Positions 42,101 to 52,700 of a DNA stretch of 64,000 nt are shown piece by piece. Below the pieces are notes generated by a model, which was given only the letters and a program-made list of their open reading frames with translations, was not told where the DNA came from and searched no databases. The DNA is from a virus. The stretch spans positions 1 through 64,000 of the IMG/VR virus record IMGVR_UViG_3300029309_000013; one strand, written 5' to 3'. Position 1 is the first letter of the stretch, and each line of letters begins with the position of its first letter. Position numbers and translations under genes: made by a program.

Positions 42101-45100
42101 ATAGTTTTCTATCAACTCTAACCTACGACCCTTGTGGTGATAATAAAGGCGGCTTATTGCTACCAGTTGTACCTAAGATTCCAAACTTTTTTGATACATC
42201 CTTTTTGAATGTTGTTAAGAAAAAATTTGTTACTAAAATTGATGATGTGATAACCCAAGTACTAAGCAGTATGCTGTTGAAACTGTTGCAAGTTATTGAT
42301 GAGGCTTTATGTAAAAGCATCAATGCGGTAGGTCAATTTGTTGCCTCTGGACAACCAGACCCTGGTGTTGGCCTAGCTGAGGCCTTTAATGATGCTTTCT
42401 GCCCGAACGGGACAGAAGAAGAAAGAAGCAACACAATAAACTCAGTCTTTGGTGCTTCCGGTATGTCGAATGAAATTAAAGACAATGATTTCAACAATGC
42501 ATTCAAAACAATGAGCAGTGTGGTTTCTGGGAAAGAAGCAGCTGCCCTATTTTCTAAAAACGGATCAGAACTGGACATAAATGTTCTTAATAGGATTGCT
42601 AGTGTAATTAACGCTTTTCATCCTGAGTTTAGTGAAGTGCTTGGTGATGCTGATGGTGTTAGAGACATTTTTACAAGAACACAGAAGTTTGTTCCCTTAA
42701 ATGTTAGGAAAGAATTGCGAGACTTCGCAGATAGAACAGATGATAGACCAATATATAACAACATTTGTTTAACAAAAGACGAGTACGAAAAATGGAACAC
42801 TGATAGAATAAATCTATTAACCGACAAAGGGTTAGACGAAAGTTTGGCTAAAGACATCATTGATAAAGCTAATGATAGGGCACTAAATGATCTCGAGGAT
42901 GTATCGGCAATCATCCAACAGGGACCTGATGGCCTGATGCAGGATGCATTAAATGATTTGCTTGGTTTTGCAGAGGACCCAAGCTGCTCAGTAAATAAAT
43001 CCGCCATAACATTTGAAGACGAGCAACAAGCAGCATTAAAGGGTCAGTTGATAAATGATTACTTTAAAAATCTAGAGAGAGATTTCTTAAAAGATATTAT
43101 TGGTGATTTCAGTTCCATCATGCAAAATGTCCTTCGGGATAAAAACGATCAATCTCTTGCATTTCACGAATTTTATGCTAATTTTCCATTGTTTTTTCCA
43201 AATTATGTTAACAACAGAGAACACTGGGACATAAGAAAAGAGACCGCTCCATTTTTTATAGAGCCATTTATGGATGAAGATAACATCAACGGAGTGTTCC
43301 CAGACACAGTTGGTATTCATATGAAAAAACAGATCGATCAGAAAAGAAGTTTTAGGACAGATCATGTGAATAGCGGAAACTTTAAGTTAAAATTTCAAGA
43401 TAGAAAAAATGGAGAATCAGATGATGATTATTCGTATGCTTTTGATATGAAATTCTCATACGACTTTGATAATCCGTTCCAATACAGCCTAAGTGTTATC
43501 CAGAAATATAAAGACACAATATATAGCGAATCACAGGAGGTTGCCCTGGATAAGACAGTCACCCTTGATACGAGCGGATATTTAGGGGCTTATGAGAGAT
43601 TGGATACTAACCAACAAAGTCAAGTTGTGTTTAATCAAGCAAGAATGTTTAAAAATTTAATTTCACAAAATGTCTCAAACCTTTCTTTTGACGATCAATT
43701 ACTAAACAGTGTATTTGATTATCACACAACTGCAATGTTAAATTATGTTAAAAAAGCAACCGGAGAAACCGCAGATGGTTCAATACCACCGGGATATAGT
43801 TTTGGATATGATGCTAATCAATTATTGACCGCGCTAGACTTAACATATGTGGATCCCGAAGCTGACCCTAACGATACCTCTACGTGGAAATACACCTATG
43901 ACGAAGAAGATGCGGTGCTCGGGAAGAGTGCAACAGAAAACCCCAGAGTTCACTTTTTGACCCCATCTGTGTATGGTGGCTCATACAAACGACCTCAGAT
44001 TTATATTGAACCAGCTGTTTATAATGGCTGGATGTCTTTGATGCAAACTTTTGTACCAGAGGTTGAGCCATGCGAGGATAGAGACACTAACTTCTTAGAG
44101 ATAGCAACAATAAGGCAGAGAGTTAAGTTTCTCGAAGAAAATATACCAATGGATGAAAGATTATCTATGCCTCCAGAATGCCGAGACGAGAGACCGTATG
44201 ATAAACTTGCATCCCCAACAACACATGCTCTAATTGAAGGCACTGTTATAGCAACAGTGAGAGTTTATGTTACAGAATTTATTCTAAGAACAATGCCCAT
44301 ATTCTCAAGTGTTGAGTACAATTCTAAAAATGTTGATGATACCATGTTTGATACTATGGTTGATGAAATTGAAAAAGCATTAAAAGATGAGACAGCTTGG
44401 TTTACAACAATCCAGGGGTTTGTTTATTGGCTATTGTTTTTAGAACAATCAGCCCAAGTCGCTCAACGTCAATTAAAGGATGGTCTTATAGAGTCAACAC
44501 AAGCCCTTGAGGATGCGTTTACTGAGATTGGTGAGGTAGAAGCTAGGTACTCGGCAGAAGAGCCTATAGCGGTCCTTAACGGAGCTGCAATCGCTGCTTA
44601 TGGTGAGGATTTTCAAAAGACATCTTTGTCTGTGCCCTATAAAATATTATTGGGAATACTTGAGGCCGGAGGTACAATAGGTCTTAGTTTAAATCTTATT
44701 AGATATGCATCTAAGCTATACAACTTATATGAATCTCAAGCTGCAGCTAAAATAGCGCTAAGAAGTATTATCAAAAAAGAATTTGAGACCTTGGTTGAAA
44801 AAGTAAACTTTAACATGAGACCAAGACCACACGTTCACGATATCAATAAATATTTACTGGGTAGGAATGGATATGTCCGCAACTCAACAATCCGTGCCGG
44901 CGAACAGGTCATTGAGGCACCAACTGTTGAAAATGCCTCTATCCCTGCATATGGAACAATACAAAATGTTGCCGAGAGCAATGATGTTAATCCGTTGGAT
45001 GGTATTGAACTAGCAATGTCGATTCACGACCTGGACCTCCCTGGAGGCAATTTAGTTGATTTTTTAGCAGACAATTTTTCACTTGACTTAAGCATTGATA

Positions 45101-46128
45101 GTTTATCAGATTTAGCTAATTTGGGCAATTATGAAATACCGAGCGTAGAAGATATACAGAATAGTTTAGTGTCTATATATTCTCCTCTACAAAACGGCTT
45201 CTTTTTCTTGGAGAAGTATATTCGTGTGCTGGGCAAAGACGAACAAGTCTATACAGTACCCCAGTTTCAAGATCTAATAAGAAACTCTGGGTTTGATCCT
45301 GCTTCTCATTTAAACGAACATTTTGGTAACGCTGAAATAGTTAACGATGAACTTATAGGAACAATTGGAGTAAAGTATGGTGTTAGGCTGTCTTATGTTG
45401 CCCCAAAAGACGTATCATATTCTGTGAGTGATAGTTTTTCTAGTCAAGAAAGGTCTTATAGATTCCCATCCGCAAAGGTATTCATAAAAATACCAGATAA
45501 TGTTGTAAATCTTATACCTTCTCCAATTAAAGAATTAATCGAGCCTTATACTAGTTTTGAGGTTGAAAATGTATTCCGTAATATTGTACCGCTAGTAAGT
45601 TTTGAACAAGACCTGCCGGATTACAAAATTGACGAAATAGACCTAGAGAGTCAAGACCTAGGACAGGATGTAAAATGTTACGTTGATAAGTTGGTGGAGC
45701 AAGAAGATTTTAAGTTATTGTTCGACTATATATTTCCCAACAAAACATTTGTATCAATGTTGGGCATATATTCTTTTTATGGGTTCTTTCAATCAATTGG
45801 CGAGGACGATTCAGAAAGAGATAGAGGGTCGATCAGCGATCCCGACTCATGGCAGGACAAAGTATTTAACGATACAAGATCAAGACTTAGAAAGATGTTT
45901 GCTAGTGCCTATAGATCTGATGATGATACATATGATGATGAAGAGGGTGCCTCCTCTTCTAGAGATAAAGATAGAAGATTTCTTAAAAATATCTTACCTC
46001 TAGCATATTTAAACTTAGATTCTAGCATTAATTGGTTTATGAGAAGAAGAATTATTGAGGAGAAGCCTTTTGATTCTGATGGTAAGCCGTGTAAAAATGT
46101 CTTCCAGAAGCTATTTGAGGATAATTAA
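39103..46128 (+). CDS. Very large structural protein (2341 aa) with coiled-coil segments
   Basis: Position in the baseplate module; no catalytic motif seen. Confidence 0.6.
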   Translation: MASEIRQKQTDVCADIPKDTPLKKICPTCKPNPNFIEPNWVTSTKPFLNEKNCEYEITVDTNEAGDIFTAEALASEFDLDTYLRTFVIPGIRLMLRYYGKLELNQLLYASIPGLTIAGLTAEELLRAYPTYESAFEQLISENEPSAADLAAAVIQIPTKETITDYSGDTYDIFRLDPTIVNNPAITNPFALEIYAYPKDFDIDPITGLGKVRVAIPAFIFDKVPEAPGVAELQVEASETEDYVEIKAEEAFAIFTRFSTAMTIYGSYQSYWYSQNPESEIQFKESGDPYYAIDYATLGINFFNDLANLAFANMPHTELYKVKIEFDNSDPDNMYKITNVKGRLRGCKYQNFTKGGIENFKQKYSTSKKTPLMGYVAKINLIDIDLTARQSYPWLDFIMKYTFPVIHINYGALSQESLQKNGLGCVVDGLITSGESIRDYILNQTLSLSEILQYEFNTKNCAALKDPTNQPEFKFSQEFTKPFSDAKKASTEAKQSVAQEYAIKIEEKEKQLPIAYQHANELTHAYLEALQEYNAAASSPDYNEQLRLYAPLKELEEQINAAIQAEAVIKKDIQKLKKEAKKKAASAGRSAAFNAFRNAGPFNDRNLENSRISAVEQFTSQSSLLESIVDLETFGKTGKLNFGNFDGQSKEAKGDSIKRMSLCNIRSLSNKAVRCLLSGVTYEDALRKLIKTVLESYDIDLIGIFIEGLPYEEQQKLREQYERDFGNLPLPWESGYDPGALSSTNPYIKHKSRDPENVFQVRTAIEKTKLDTQKISDLEQTIEQIGSQIKKFEKDLLTIEKSIQDTTQEFAAFERGMLAAAKADLVPGPFGSAYEAHLAIEEKQTIFDAKIKSFQDMLVQINEEIDPLVQNKFNLERQLDGLRSGLELDPELQTRIDQYNNLSDEEKKETNKQVADELARNIGAGLFLADPNDPHTPGTYGKALGNMQKAITQAYINYALDLIDYDVLMKRLERLPGPPVIQRILKSVSCTYQGLFYPPIDSFLSTLTYDPCGDNKGGLLLPVVPKIPNFFDTSFLNVVKKKFVTKIDDVITQVLSSMLLKLLQVIDEALCKSINAVGQFVASGQPDPGVGLAEAFNDAFCPNGTEEERSNTINSVFGASGMSNEIKDNDFNNAFKTMSSVVSGKEAAALFSKNGSELDINVLNRIASVINAFHPEFSEVLGDADGVRDIFTRTQKFVPLNVRKELRDFADRTDDRPIYNNICLTKDEYEKWNTDRINLLTDKGLDESLAKDIIDKANDRALNDLEDVSAIIQQGPDGLMQDALNDLLGFAEDPSCSVNKSAITFEDEQQAALKGQLINDYFKNLERDFLKDIIGDFSSIMQNVLRDKNDQSLAFHEFYANFPLFFPNYVNNREHWDIRKETAPFFIEPFMDEDNINGVFPDTVGIHMKKQIDQKRSFRTDHVNSGNFKLKFQDRKNGESDDDYSYAFDMKFSYDFDNPFQYSLSVIQKYKDTIYSESQEVALDKTVTLDTSGYLGAYERLDTNQQSQVVFNQARMFKNLISQNVSNLSFDDQLLNSVFDYHTTAMLNYVKKATGETADGSIPPGYSFGYDANQLLTALDLTYVDPEADPNDTSTWKYTYDEEDAVLGKSATENPRVHFLTPSVYGGSYKRPQIYIEPAVYNGWMSLMQTFVPEVEPCEDRDTNFLEIATIRQRVKFLEENIPMDERLSMPPECRDERPYDKLASPTTHALIEGTVIATVRVYVTEFILRTMPIFSSVEYNSKNVDDTMFDTMVDEIEKALKDETAWFTTIQGFVYWLLFLEQSAQVAQRQLKDGLIESTQALEDAFTEIGEVEARYSAEEPIAVLNGAAIAAYGEDFQKTSLSVPYKILLGILEAGGTIGLSLNLIRYASKLYNLYESQAAAKIALRSIIKKEFETLVEKVNFNMRPRPHVHDINKYLLGRNGYVRNSTIRAGEQVIEAPTVENASIPAYGTIQNVAESNDVNPLDGIELAMSIHDLDLPGGNLVDFLADNFSLDLSIDSLSDLANLGNYEIPSVEDIQNSLVSIYSPLQNGFFFLEKYIRVLGKDEQVYTVPQFQDLIRNSGFDPASHLNEHFGNAEIVNDELIGTIGVKYGVRLSYVAPKDVSYSVSDSFSSQERSYRFPSAKVFIKIPDNVVNLIPSPIKELIEPYTSFEVENVFRNIVPLVSFEQDLPDYKIDEIDLESQDLGQDVKCYVDKLVEQEDFKLLFDYIFPNKTFVSMLGIYSFYGFFQSIGEDDSERDRGSISDPDSWQDKVFNDTRSRLRKMFASAYRSDDDTYDDEEGASSSRDKDRRFLKNILPLAYLNLDSSINWFMRRRIIEEKPFDSDGKPCKNVFQKLFEDN

Positions 46129-46129
46129 T

Positions 46130-46504
46130 ATGGCCTTATCACTATCACTACCGCTACTAGTAAATCGTATTGATGGATTCTCCACCTTCAGTGAATCAGA
46201 TCTTATTGACGCTATTAAGCAAAACATGAAAATGCTATTGCTAACAAATCCTGGGGAACTGCTTTTCAACGCTGAAGCTGGCTGTGGATTAGATAGATTT
46301 TTATTTGAACTTGAAAGCCAAGAGCTAGCAAACACAGTCAAGAGTACAATATTACAGCAGTTTTCAATTTACTTACCATATGTCGTAATAACAAGTCTAG
46401 ATGTAACTTTAGATCCTGAATCAAATAGTATGCGAATTAGTTATGTTTTTGATGTTGATAGGTTGATAACTCAAGAAACCTTTGCAATTGAGGTCTTTGC
46501 ATAA
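46130..46504 (+). CDS. gp25: Baseplate wedge protein, gp25/GPW-like
   Basis: IKQNMKMLLLTNPGE...GCGL..FLFE...YLPYV. Confidence 0.88.
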   Translation: MALSLSLPLLVNRIDGFSTFSESDLIDAIKQNMKMLLLTNPGELLFNAEAGCGLDRFLFELESQELANTVKSTILQQFSIYLPYVVITSLDVTLDPESNSMRISYVFDVDRLITQETFAIEVFA

Positions 46505-46546
46505 GAAACGCCTCAAAGAACTATTTAAATTTACGAGGGACTATGG

Positions 46547-48346
46547 ATGCCTAAAGGTAAAAACATTAATATAAATTACACTAGTAGAGATTTTGACTCT
46601 ATTAAGAGAGATCTGGAAGAGTACGCTAAAAGACATTACCCAGACACCTACAAGGATTTTAGCGCCTTATCCGTAAACTCATTAATCCTTGACTCTGTAG
46701 CTTATGTTGGTGATATCTTGTCTTACTATGTAGACTACCAGGCCAATGAGTCTTTTTTGGACACCTCCATTGAGAGAGCTAACATAAGAAAAATATCCAG
46801 GTCTCTTGGTTATAAATTTTCTGGTAAACCAAATGCCTATGGTCAAGTTGCCTTATTTTGCTTAATACCTGCTGATGAAGATGGGATTGCACCAAACGCT
46901 AGTTATTATCCCATAATTAAAAGAGGAACTTCTTTTACAAATGCAAATGGCGCTACATACACACTAACTGAAGATGTTAGGTTTGATAGTGATACAACTG
47001 AGGTTGTTGCTGCTAGATTTGATTCCACATCCGGTCAAACAACATTTTTTGCAGCCAAGAACTATGGCCAAGTGGTGTCTGGGGTTTTTCAACAATCAAC
47101 CGCTGATTTAACAAACTCAACGTTTAGAAAATTTAGAAAAATTAAAGTTGGTGACGTTAACACCTCAGAGGTTGTTTCTATAAAAGATTCTGATGGGAAT
47201 GAATATTTTGAAGTTGACAACCTTTCACAAGAAGTTGTGTTTAAAGAGGTCACAAATAAATCAGCAGCCTCTGATGGTGTTAGGTCAATTATGAAACCGT
47301 TTATAGCCACTAGGAGATTTATTGTTGAACAAGACGACACAGGGACCTATGTCCAGTTTGGATTTGGTGATGAATCAAACGAGCCAGAGGGCCTTGCAGA
47401 TCCATCTAAACTAGCTATTAAAATGCATGGAAAAAGAGAGATATCATCCTTAACGTTTGACCCAACTCAATTGCTAGGAACCTCAAAGCTTGGTTTTTCT
47501 CCACAAAATACAGTCTTAACAATTGTTACAAAAGTTAACGACTCAGCAAATATCAATTCTGCTGTTGATTCTCTAAGAACAATAAAGTTTAGGAATATAG
47601 ATTTTGATAACATACAGGCACTATCAGCCCCCTTGGTCAGACAAGTTCTTAATTCAATTGAGGTCACAAATGAAGAGCCGATTATAGGCGGCGACTCTAC
47701 TATGACCAATGAAGAAATTAAGCAAAATGCAAAAACCTATTATGCATCTCAAAGCAGGGCTGTGACCAAGCAGGATTATGAATCACTGGTGTATAGTATG
47801 CCTGCAAAATTTGGTAAAATAAAAAGAGTCAATGTTGTTAATGACCCATCATCAACAAATAGAAGAATAGCAATGTACCTAATATCGGTCGATAAAAATG
47901 GAAGATTAACAACAGCAAACAGTAGAATTAAATTAAATGTTAAGAACTGGTTATCAAGCTATCAATCACTTAATGATAGAGTTGATATTTTTGACGCTAA
48001 GATAGTAAACTTTGGTATTGATTTTAAAATAACTGTAGATGAGAGATATAGTCAATATGATATTGTTGGTCGCTGTGTTGAAAAGTTAAAACAAGAGTAT
48101 TCTAACCAGCTTTACATTGGCGAACCTGTATCTATCACAAACTTATACTCTGTCCTTGGAAAAGTCGAGGGTGTCGCAGACGTTAAAAACGTTAATGTTA
48201 TACCGAAAAAAGGCACTAATTATTCAGCGACTAGATTTAATTTTGATGAAATGAAAAGCACTGATGGTACTTTTATTAAGACACCAAAAAATGTTATAAT
48301 GGAGTTAAAATTTCCAAATGCAGATATTAGAGGAAGGATTGCATAA
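46547..48346 (+). CDS. gp6: Baseplate wedge protein, gp6/J-like
   Basis: YTSRDFDSIK, AYVGDILSYY.D.QANESFL, FG.G, Q.RAVT..DY. Confidence 0.88.
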   Translation: MPKGKNININYTSRDFDSIKRDLEEYAKRHYPDTYKDFSALSVNSLILDSVAYVGDILSYYVDYQANESFLDTSIERANIRKISRSLGYKFSGKPNAYGQVALFCLIPADEDGIAPNASYYPIIKRGTSFTNANGATYTLTEDVRFDSDTTEVVAARFDSTSGQTTFFAAKNYGQVVSGVFQQSTADLTNSTFRKFRKIKVGDVNTSEVVSIKDSDGNEYFEVDNLSQEVVFKEVTNKSAASDGVRSIMKPFIATRRFIVEQDDTGTYVQFGFGDESNEPEGLADPSKLAIKMHGKREISSLTFDPTQLLGTSKLGFSPQNTVLTIVTKVNDSANINSAVDSLRTIKFRNIDFDNIQALSAPLVRQVLNSIEVTNEEPIIGGDSTMTNEEIKQNAKTYYASQSRAVTKQDYESLVYSMPAKFGKIKRVNVVNDPSSTNRRIAMYLISVDKNGRLTTANSRIKLNVKNWLSSYQSLNDRVDIFDAKIVNFGIDFKITVDERYSQYDIVGRCVEKLKQEYSNQLYIGEPVSITNLYSVLGKVEGVADVKNVNVIPKKGTNYSATRFNFDEMKSTDGTFIKTPKNVIMELKFPNADIRGRIA

Positions 48347-49773
48347 TGATTAAAAGATATTTTGCAGATGCTGATAATACTATCTCTAATGCCTTTGATG
48401 AGTCACTAAGCACTAGGGCCACTGGATCAAACATGGGCCAGTCCGACATACTTGAAGTTTTCTCAATATATGCGCAAGTTTCTAACTCTTCAGGCTTATC
48501 CTCTGAATTATCAAGAGTTATAATACAGTTCCCAATGTCTACAGTATCATCGGATAGAAATGCCGGAACGGTGCCTTCTAATGCGTCATATTTTTTAAAA
48601 CTATACAATGCCGAGCATCCATTTACATTACCTAGACAATATAATCTTGAAGTATTAGCAGTTTCTGCTTCATGGCAGGAAGGCCTTGGCTTGGACATGG
48701 ATAATTACACTGACTTAACATATGATGTTGTAGGCTCGAACTGGATAAAAAGGTCTGGTTCAACCTCCTGGAGTAGCCAAGGGGCAGACACACATGCCTC
48801 TCCAATATTTAATCAAAATTTTGACGAAGGAACAGAGGACCTAGAAGTAGATGTAACATCTTTGGTAAATCAGTGGCATGCAGGAACTAAAGAAAATTAT
48901 GGCTTTATGGTGAGACTATCCTCTTCTCTAGAATCTCAAGCTAAATCTTATTATACAAAAAAGTTTTTCTCTCGAAGCTCTGAATTTTTCTTTAAAAGAC
49001 CTGTTCTAGAGGCACGTTGGGATAGTTCAATAAGAGACGATAGGGCAAATTTTTACGCTTCATCATCTCTCTCCCCCGCTGAAGATAATCTTAACACTCT
49101 TTTTCTCTATAATTATTCTAGGGGCAGATTGGCTAACATACCTGCAATTGGAACTGGGGAGATTTTTGTTAATCTACACGAAACACTGGGCGGAGATCCT
49201 AGTACTCTAGCCGTAAACACACCAGCAACTGGTGGATATGTTTCAACAGGTATATACTCCTGCTCAGTAGGAGTGGATACTACTGCGACCAACATACGAG
49301 ATGTTTGGTTTTCTGGTAGTACTCAGTTTTTCACAGGCTCTATAGTGGTAAAAAGGCAGGAGGTCGAGCAGTATGTTACTGATTCTGACTATGTTTTATC
49401 AATGCCTGGTCTTAAAAAAGAATATCAATATGAACAAACTCATAAACTTAGACTTTACGCAAGAGAAAAAAAATGGTCACCTAGTATTTTTACAACAGCC
49501 ACAACAATTCCTGCTAGTTTAATTTTTGAAAGTGCTTCTTATGAAATTTTTAGAGCTATTGATGGAGAGACAGTTGTGCCTTACGGTACCGGGTCCTCTC
49601 AACATACCAGATTATCTTATGACGTTTCAGGTAACTATTTTTATCTTGATACTTCTGTTCTTGAACCTAATTATACATACGGAATACGTTATTCTATATA
49701 TAATTCGAATGCTGCTAGCTATGAAGAGCAGCCATATACTTTCAAGATAAGAGTAGTTAAAAATGAGTATTAA
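48346..49773 (+). CDS. Baseplate/tail structural protein (DNRLRE-like N-terminal domain)
   Basis: AD.TI, SR..IQF, W.EG.G, DVT..V..W, NYG, F.SR..P.LE..WD. Confidence 0.6.
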   Translation: MIKRYFADADNTISNAFDESLSTRATGSNMGQSDILEVFSIYAQVSNSSGLSSELSRVIIQFPMSTVSSDRNAGTVPSNASYFLKLYNAEHPFTLPRQYNLEVLAVSASWQEGLGLDMDNYTDLTYDVVGSNWIKRSGSTSWSSQGADTHASPIFNQNFDEGTEDLEVDVTSLVNQWHAGTKENYGFMVRLSSSLESQAKSYYTKKFFSRSSEFFFKRPVLEARWDSSIRDDRANFYASSSLSPAEDNLNTLFLYNYSRGRLANIPAIGTGEIFVNLHETLGGDPSTLAVNTPATGGYVSTGIYSCSVGVDTTATNIRDVWFSGSTQFFTGSIVVKRQEVEQYVTDSDYVLSMPGLKKEYQYEQTHKLRLYAREKKWSPSIFTTATTIPASLIFESASYEIFRAIDGETVVPYGTGSSQHTRLSYDVSGNYFYLDTSVLEPNYTYGIRYSIYNSNAASYEEQPYTFKIRVVKNEY

Positions 49774-52700
49774 GGATTTATTTGGGCGCAAAGTAAAAAG
49801 TTATGATGAGCTAAGCCAGGACGTAGAGTCCCCAGAGTTCATTGATAAAGAAGTTGAGGAGAGAGGGACATTTATTCCTCCTATTGACTTCTCTACGGCC
49901 TCAAATTTTGTTTCCTACGGATCTGCTGAGCTTTACTACAAAAATTCGCTAGAGAGAATTTATGGAGAATATCCATACGATGGATCTCAAAAAGAAAAGG
50001 TTGAGTTTCAATTATCTTCATCTTATTTGGATAGGTATCTTTTTGATAACAAATACCCTAAGAGTACTGGGTTTGGAGTGTTTGGTCAATCTGGTCAAGC
50101 AACTGGAACTTCAACTGGCTATGGTACGTCATACTCCAGCAGAGAGTACGTATATATTCCTGGTGGGGTTAGGGTAGGGAAAGACTTTTCTGAGACTGCT
50201 AGGTTATCGACAGCCTTTGAGCAAAATGCAGTTTATGATGCAGATAATAAAAGACAAAAAGTTTTTCCAGTTGATCTTTCTGTAGGTACAACAGTTGAAT
50301 TTTGGCTTAGAAAACAGACAACCCCTTCGACTGGTACAAAAGAGGTCATTTTAGATCTGTGGAATGGTGTTGCCTCTGGATCCTCAGATTATGCTAGGAT
50401 GACCATAGAGATAGATCTCAGCTCTACATCTGGTGCGGCTTTTAACGCAACTATAGCACAAGGACAACAGGCTGTTAATGCAGTGGGGTTTAAAAGGCAA
50501 GATATCAGCACCCCCTCAGTAAATCCAGCGTCGCTAACTTCCTGGAATCACTACGCAGTATCTTTTATTCAAACATCTATTGATAAGATCAAAACTAGAT
50601 TTTATGTTAATGGTGATTTGAATTTAGAACAAGATCTTACCTTGGCTTTTGGCGGCGCCAATATTAACTTCTCTGGGCTTGTAAATGCTTTTATTGGTGC
50701 TTTACAGACCAACCATACAGCAGAGACACAATCTCAGGGAGATGGTAAACTAATAGCTGATATAGACGATTTTAGATTTTGGAAAACAAGACGAACCTCT
50801 AGGCAAATTAAGATTAATTGGAATCGTCAAATAGGCGGCGGTGCAAACACTGATGACAATACGGTTGACTTGGGACTTTACTATAAATTTAATGAGGGTA
50901 TCACCACAGACGCGACAACAGACTCCACAGTTTTGGATTACTCTGGTAGAATAGCCAATGGATCGTGGACAGGGTACCAATCGTCTTCAAGAAATACGGA
51001 TTCCGCCTTTGTACTTTCAGGGTATGGCTCTGAGCCTGGTGATCCAATTATATATGCAACACACCCAAGTGTTTCTGCTTTGATCACCGAGATGCAAATT
51101 TCAGGCTCAGAGCATGATGCTGAATATGGTAATAGACTGTATCATACACTACCAAGGTGGGTCATTGAACAAGATCAACAGAACGAAAAGAATCTAGAAA
51201 AAATATATCAGATTATAGCAACATATTTTGATCAACTGCATACACAAATAACGGCATTATCAACACTTAAAGATAAGACATATTATCAGGATAACGTTAA
51301 GGCGCCCCCTTTTGGTAGAAGATTGTTGGAAGAAAAAGGATTTGTAACATCAGATATACTTGTAGACAGTGATATATTAGAGTTGTTTAGCAACAAGGCT
51401 CTAGACTCCCAAACATTTACACAAAACATAGACGAGATTAAAAATAGAATATATATAAACATCTATAACAACCTCGAGGCTATTTTAAAGTCTAAAGGCA
51501 CAGAGAGGTCAATTAGAAACTTTATTAGATGTTTTGGTGTTGATGATGAAATTATCAAACTTAATGTATACACAGACGAAGGTATGCATTATTTTTCTGA
51601 TAAAGTAAGAGAGAATTCATCACGAATAAGATATATTGATTTTAACGAGGAACAATATTCATCAGCGACAATTTTTCAAACCTCTTCCCTAAACAATCCA
51701 AACACGTTTATAAGTGGATCACTGGTCAGTAAGCTTGAGCAATATAGCGCATTTACTTTTGAAGCTGACTTAATAGTCCCTTTTAAAATACCAGAAGGTC
51801 AAACTGGCTTTTATCATACCCCATTTTTATCTTCATCAGTATTTGGTTTTCACGAAGCCAGGCCAGCAGATCCTTCTGATTATACATGGGAGACAAACGA
51901 AAAAGCAAATTTACAAGTTTATCTGGTAAGAAATACAAAAGACTCACCAGACGCAAGATTTGTAATTGAGAACCAGGATGGCTCAATACTTTTAGAATCT
52001 GACTATGTTAAGGGTATATACGATAATCAGCACTGGAATCTTTCTTTAAGAATCAAGCCGGACACATATCCATATGCTAATGTGGCCACAAACACAACAC
52101 CCTCAGCCAGTATTGAGTTTTATGCAGTTAATCATAATTTTGGCGAACTGGAGAATGAAATATTATTAACTGCCTCCGTATCATACGCTTCAGGATCAGC
52201 ATATCTTTCAAACCCAAAGAGGGTGTATGCTGGTGCTCATTTACAGAATTTTACAGGATCGGTGATTGAAAATACTGACGTAGAGATTGGAGCAGTACGA
52301 GCCTGGTTATCTTACGCAGATAATGATGTTATTAAACAACACAACTTGGACCCAATGAATTATGGTTTATCAAAATCAGAACAGTCCGACAATATTTTTA
52401 CCATTGATAATAAGCAAATACCATCCAGTGAGCTTTCTATTTTACATTGGCAGTTTGATACAGTCACTGGATCAGATGGGTCCGGCAATTTTATTGTAGA
52501 GGATTTCTCAAGTGGATCAACTGATACTATATATGGTTGGCCAGACAACATCATAAGACGAGAACATCGGGCAAAAGGTTTTGGATTTGGCGCTAATAAA
52601 ACAAGTTTTGCAAGACATGAAAACGTATTTTCTATGAAAAAACAGTTACCTGAATTGTCTTATAATTTTGATGCGATCACAATTAAAGGTGATGAAGAAA

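Larger units (their letters stand above)
6371..46527 (+). promoter_or_regulatory. Dispersed putative late-promoter motif CTA(T/A/G)TTA
   Basis: Intergenic or gene-junction copies at 6371, 7552, 9150, 13710, 13998, 16784, 20796, 21608, 36580, 46521; variant ATAATTA at 46121. Confidence 0.6.
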
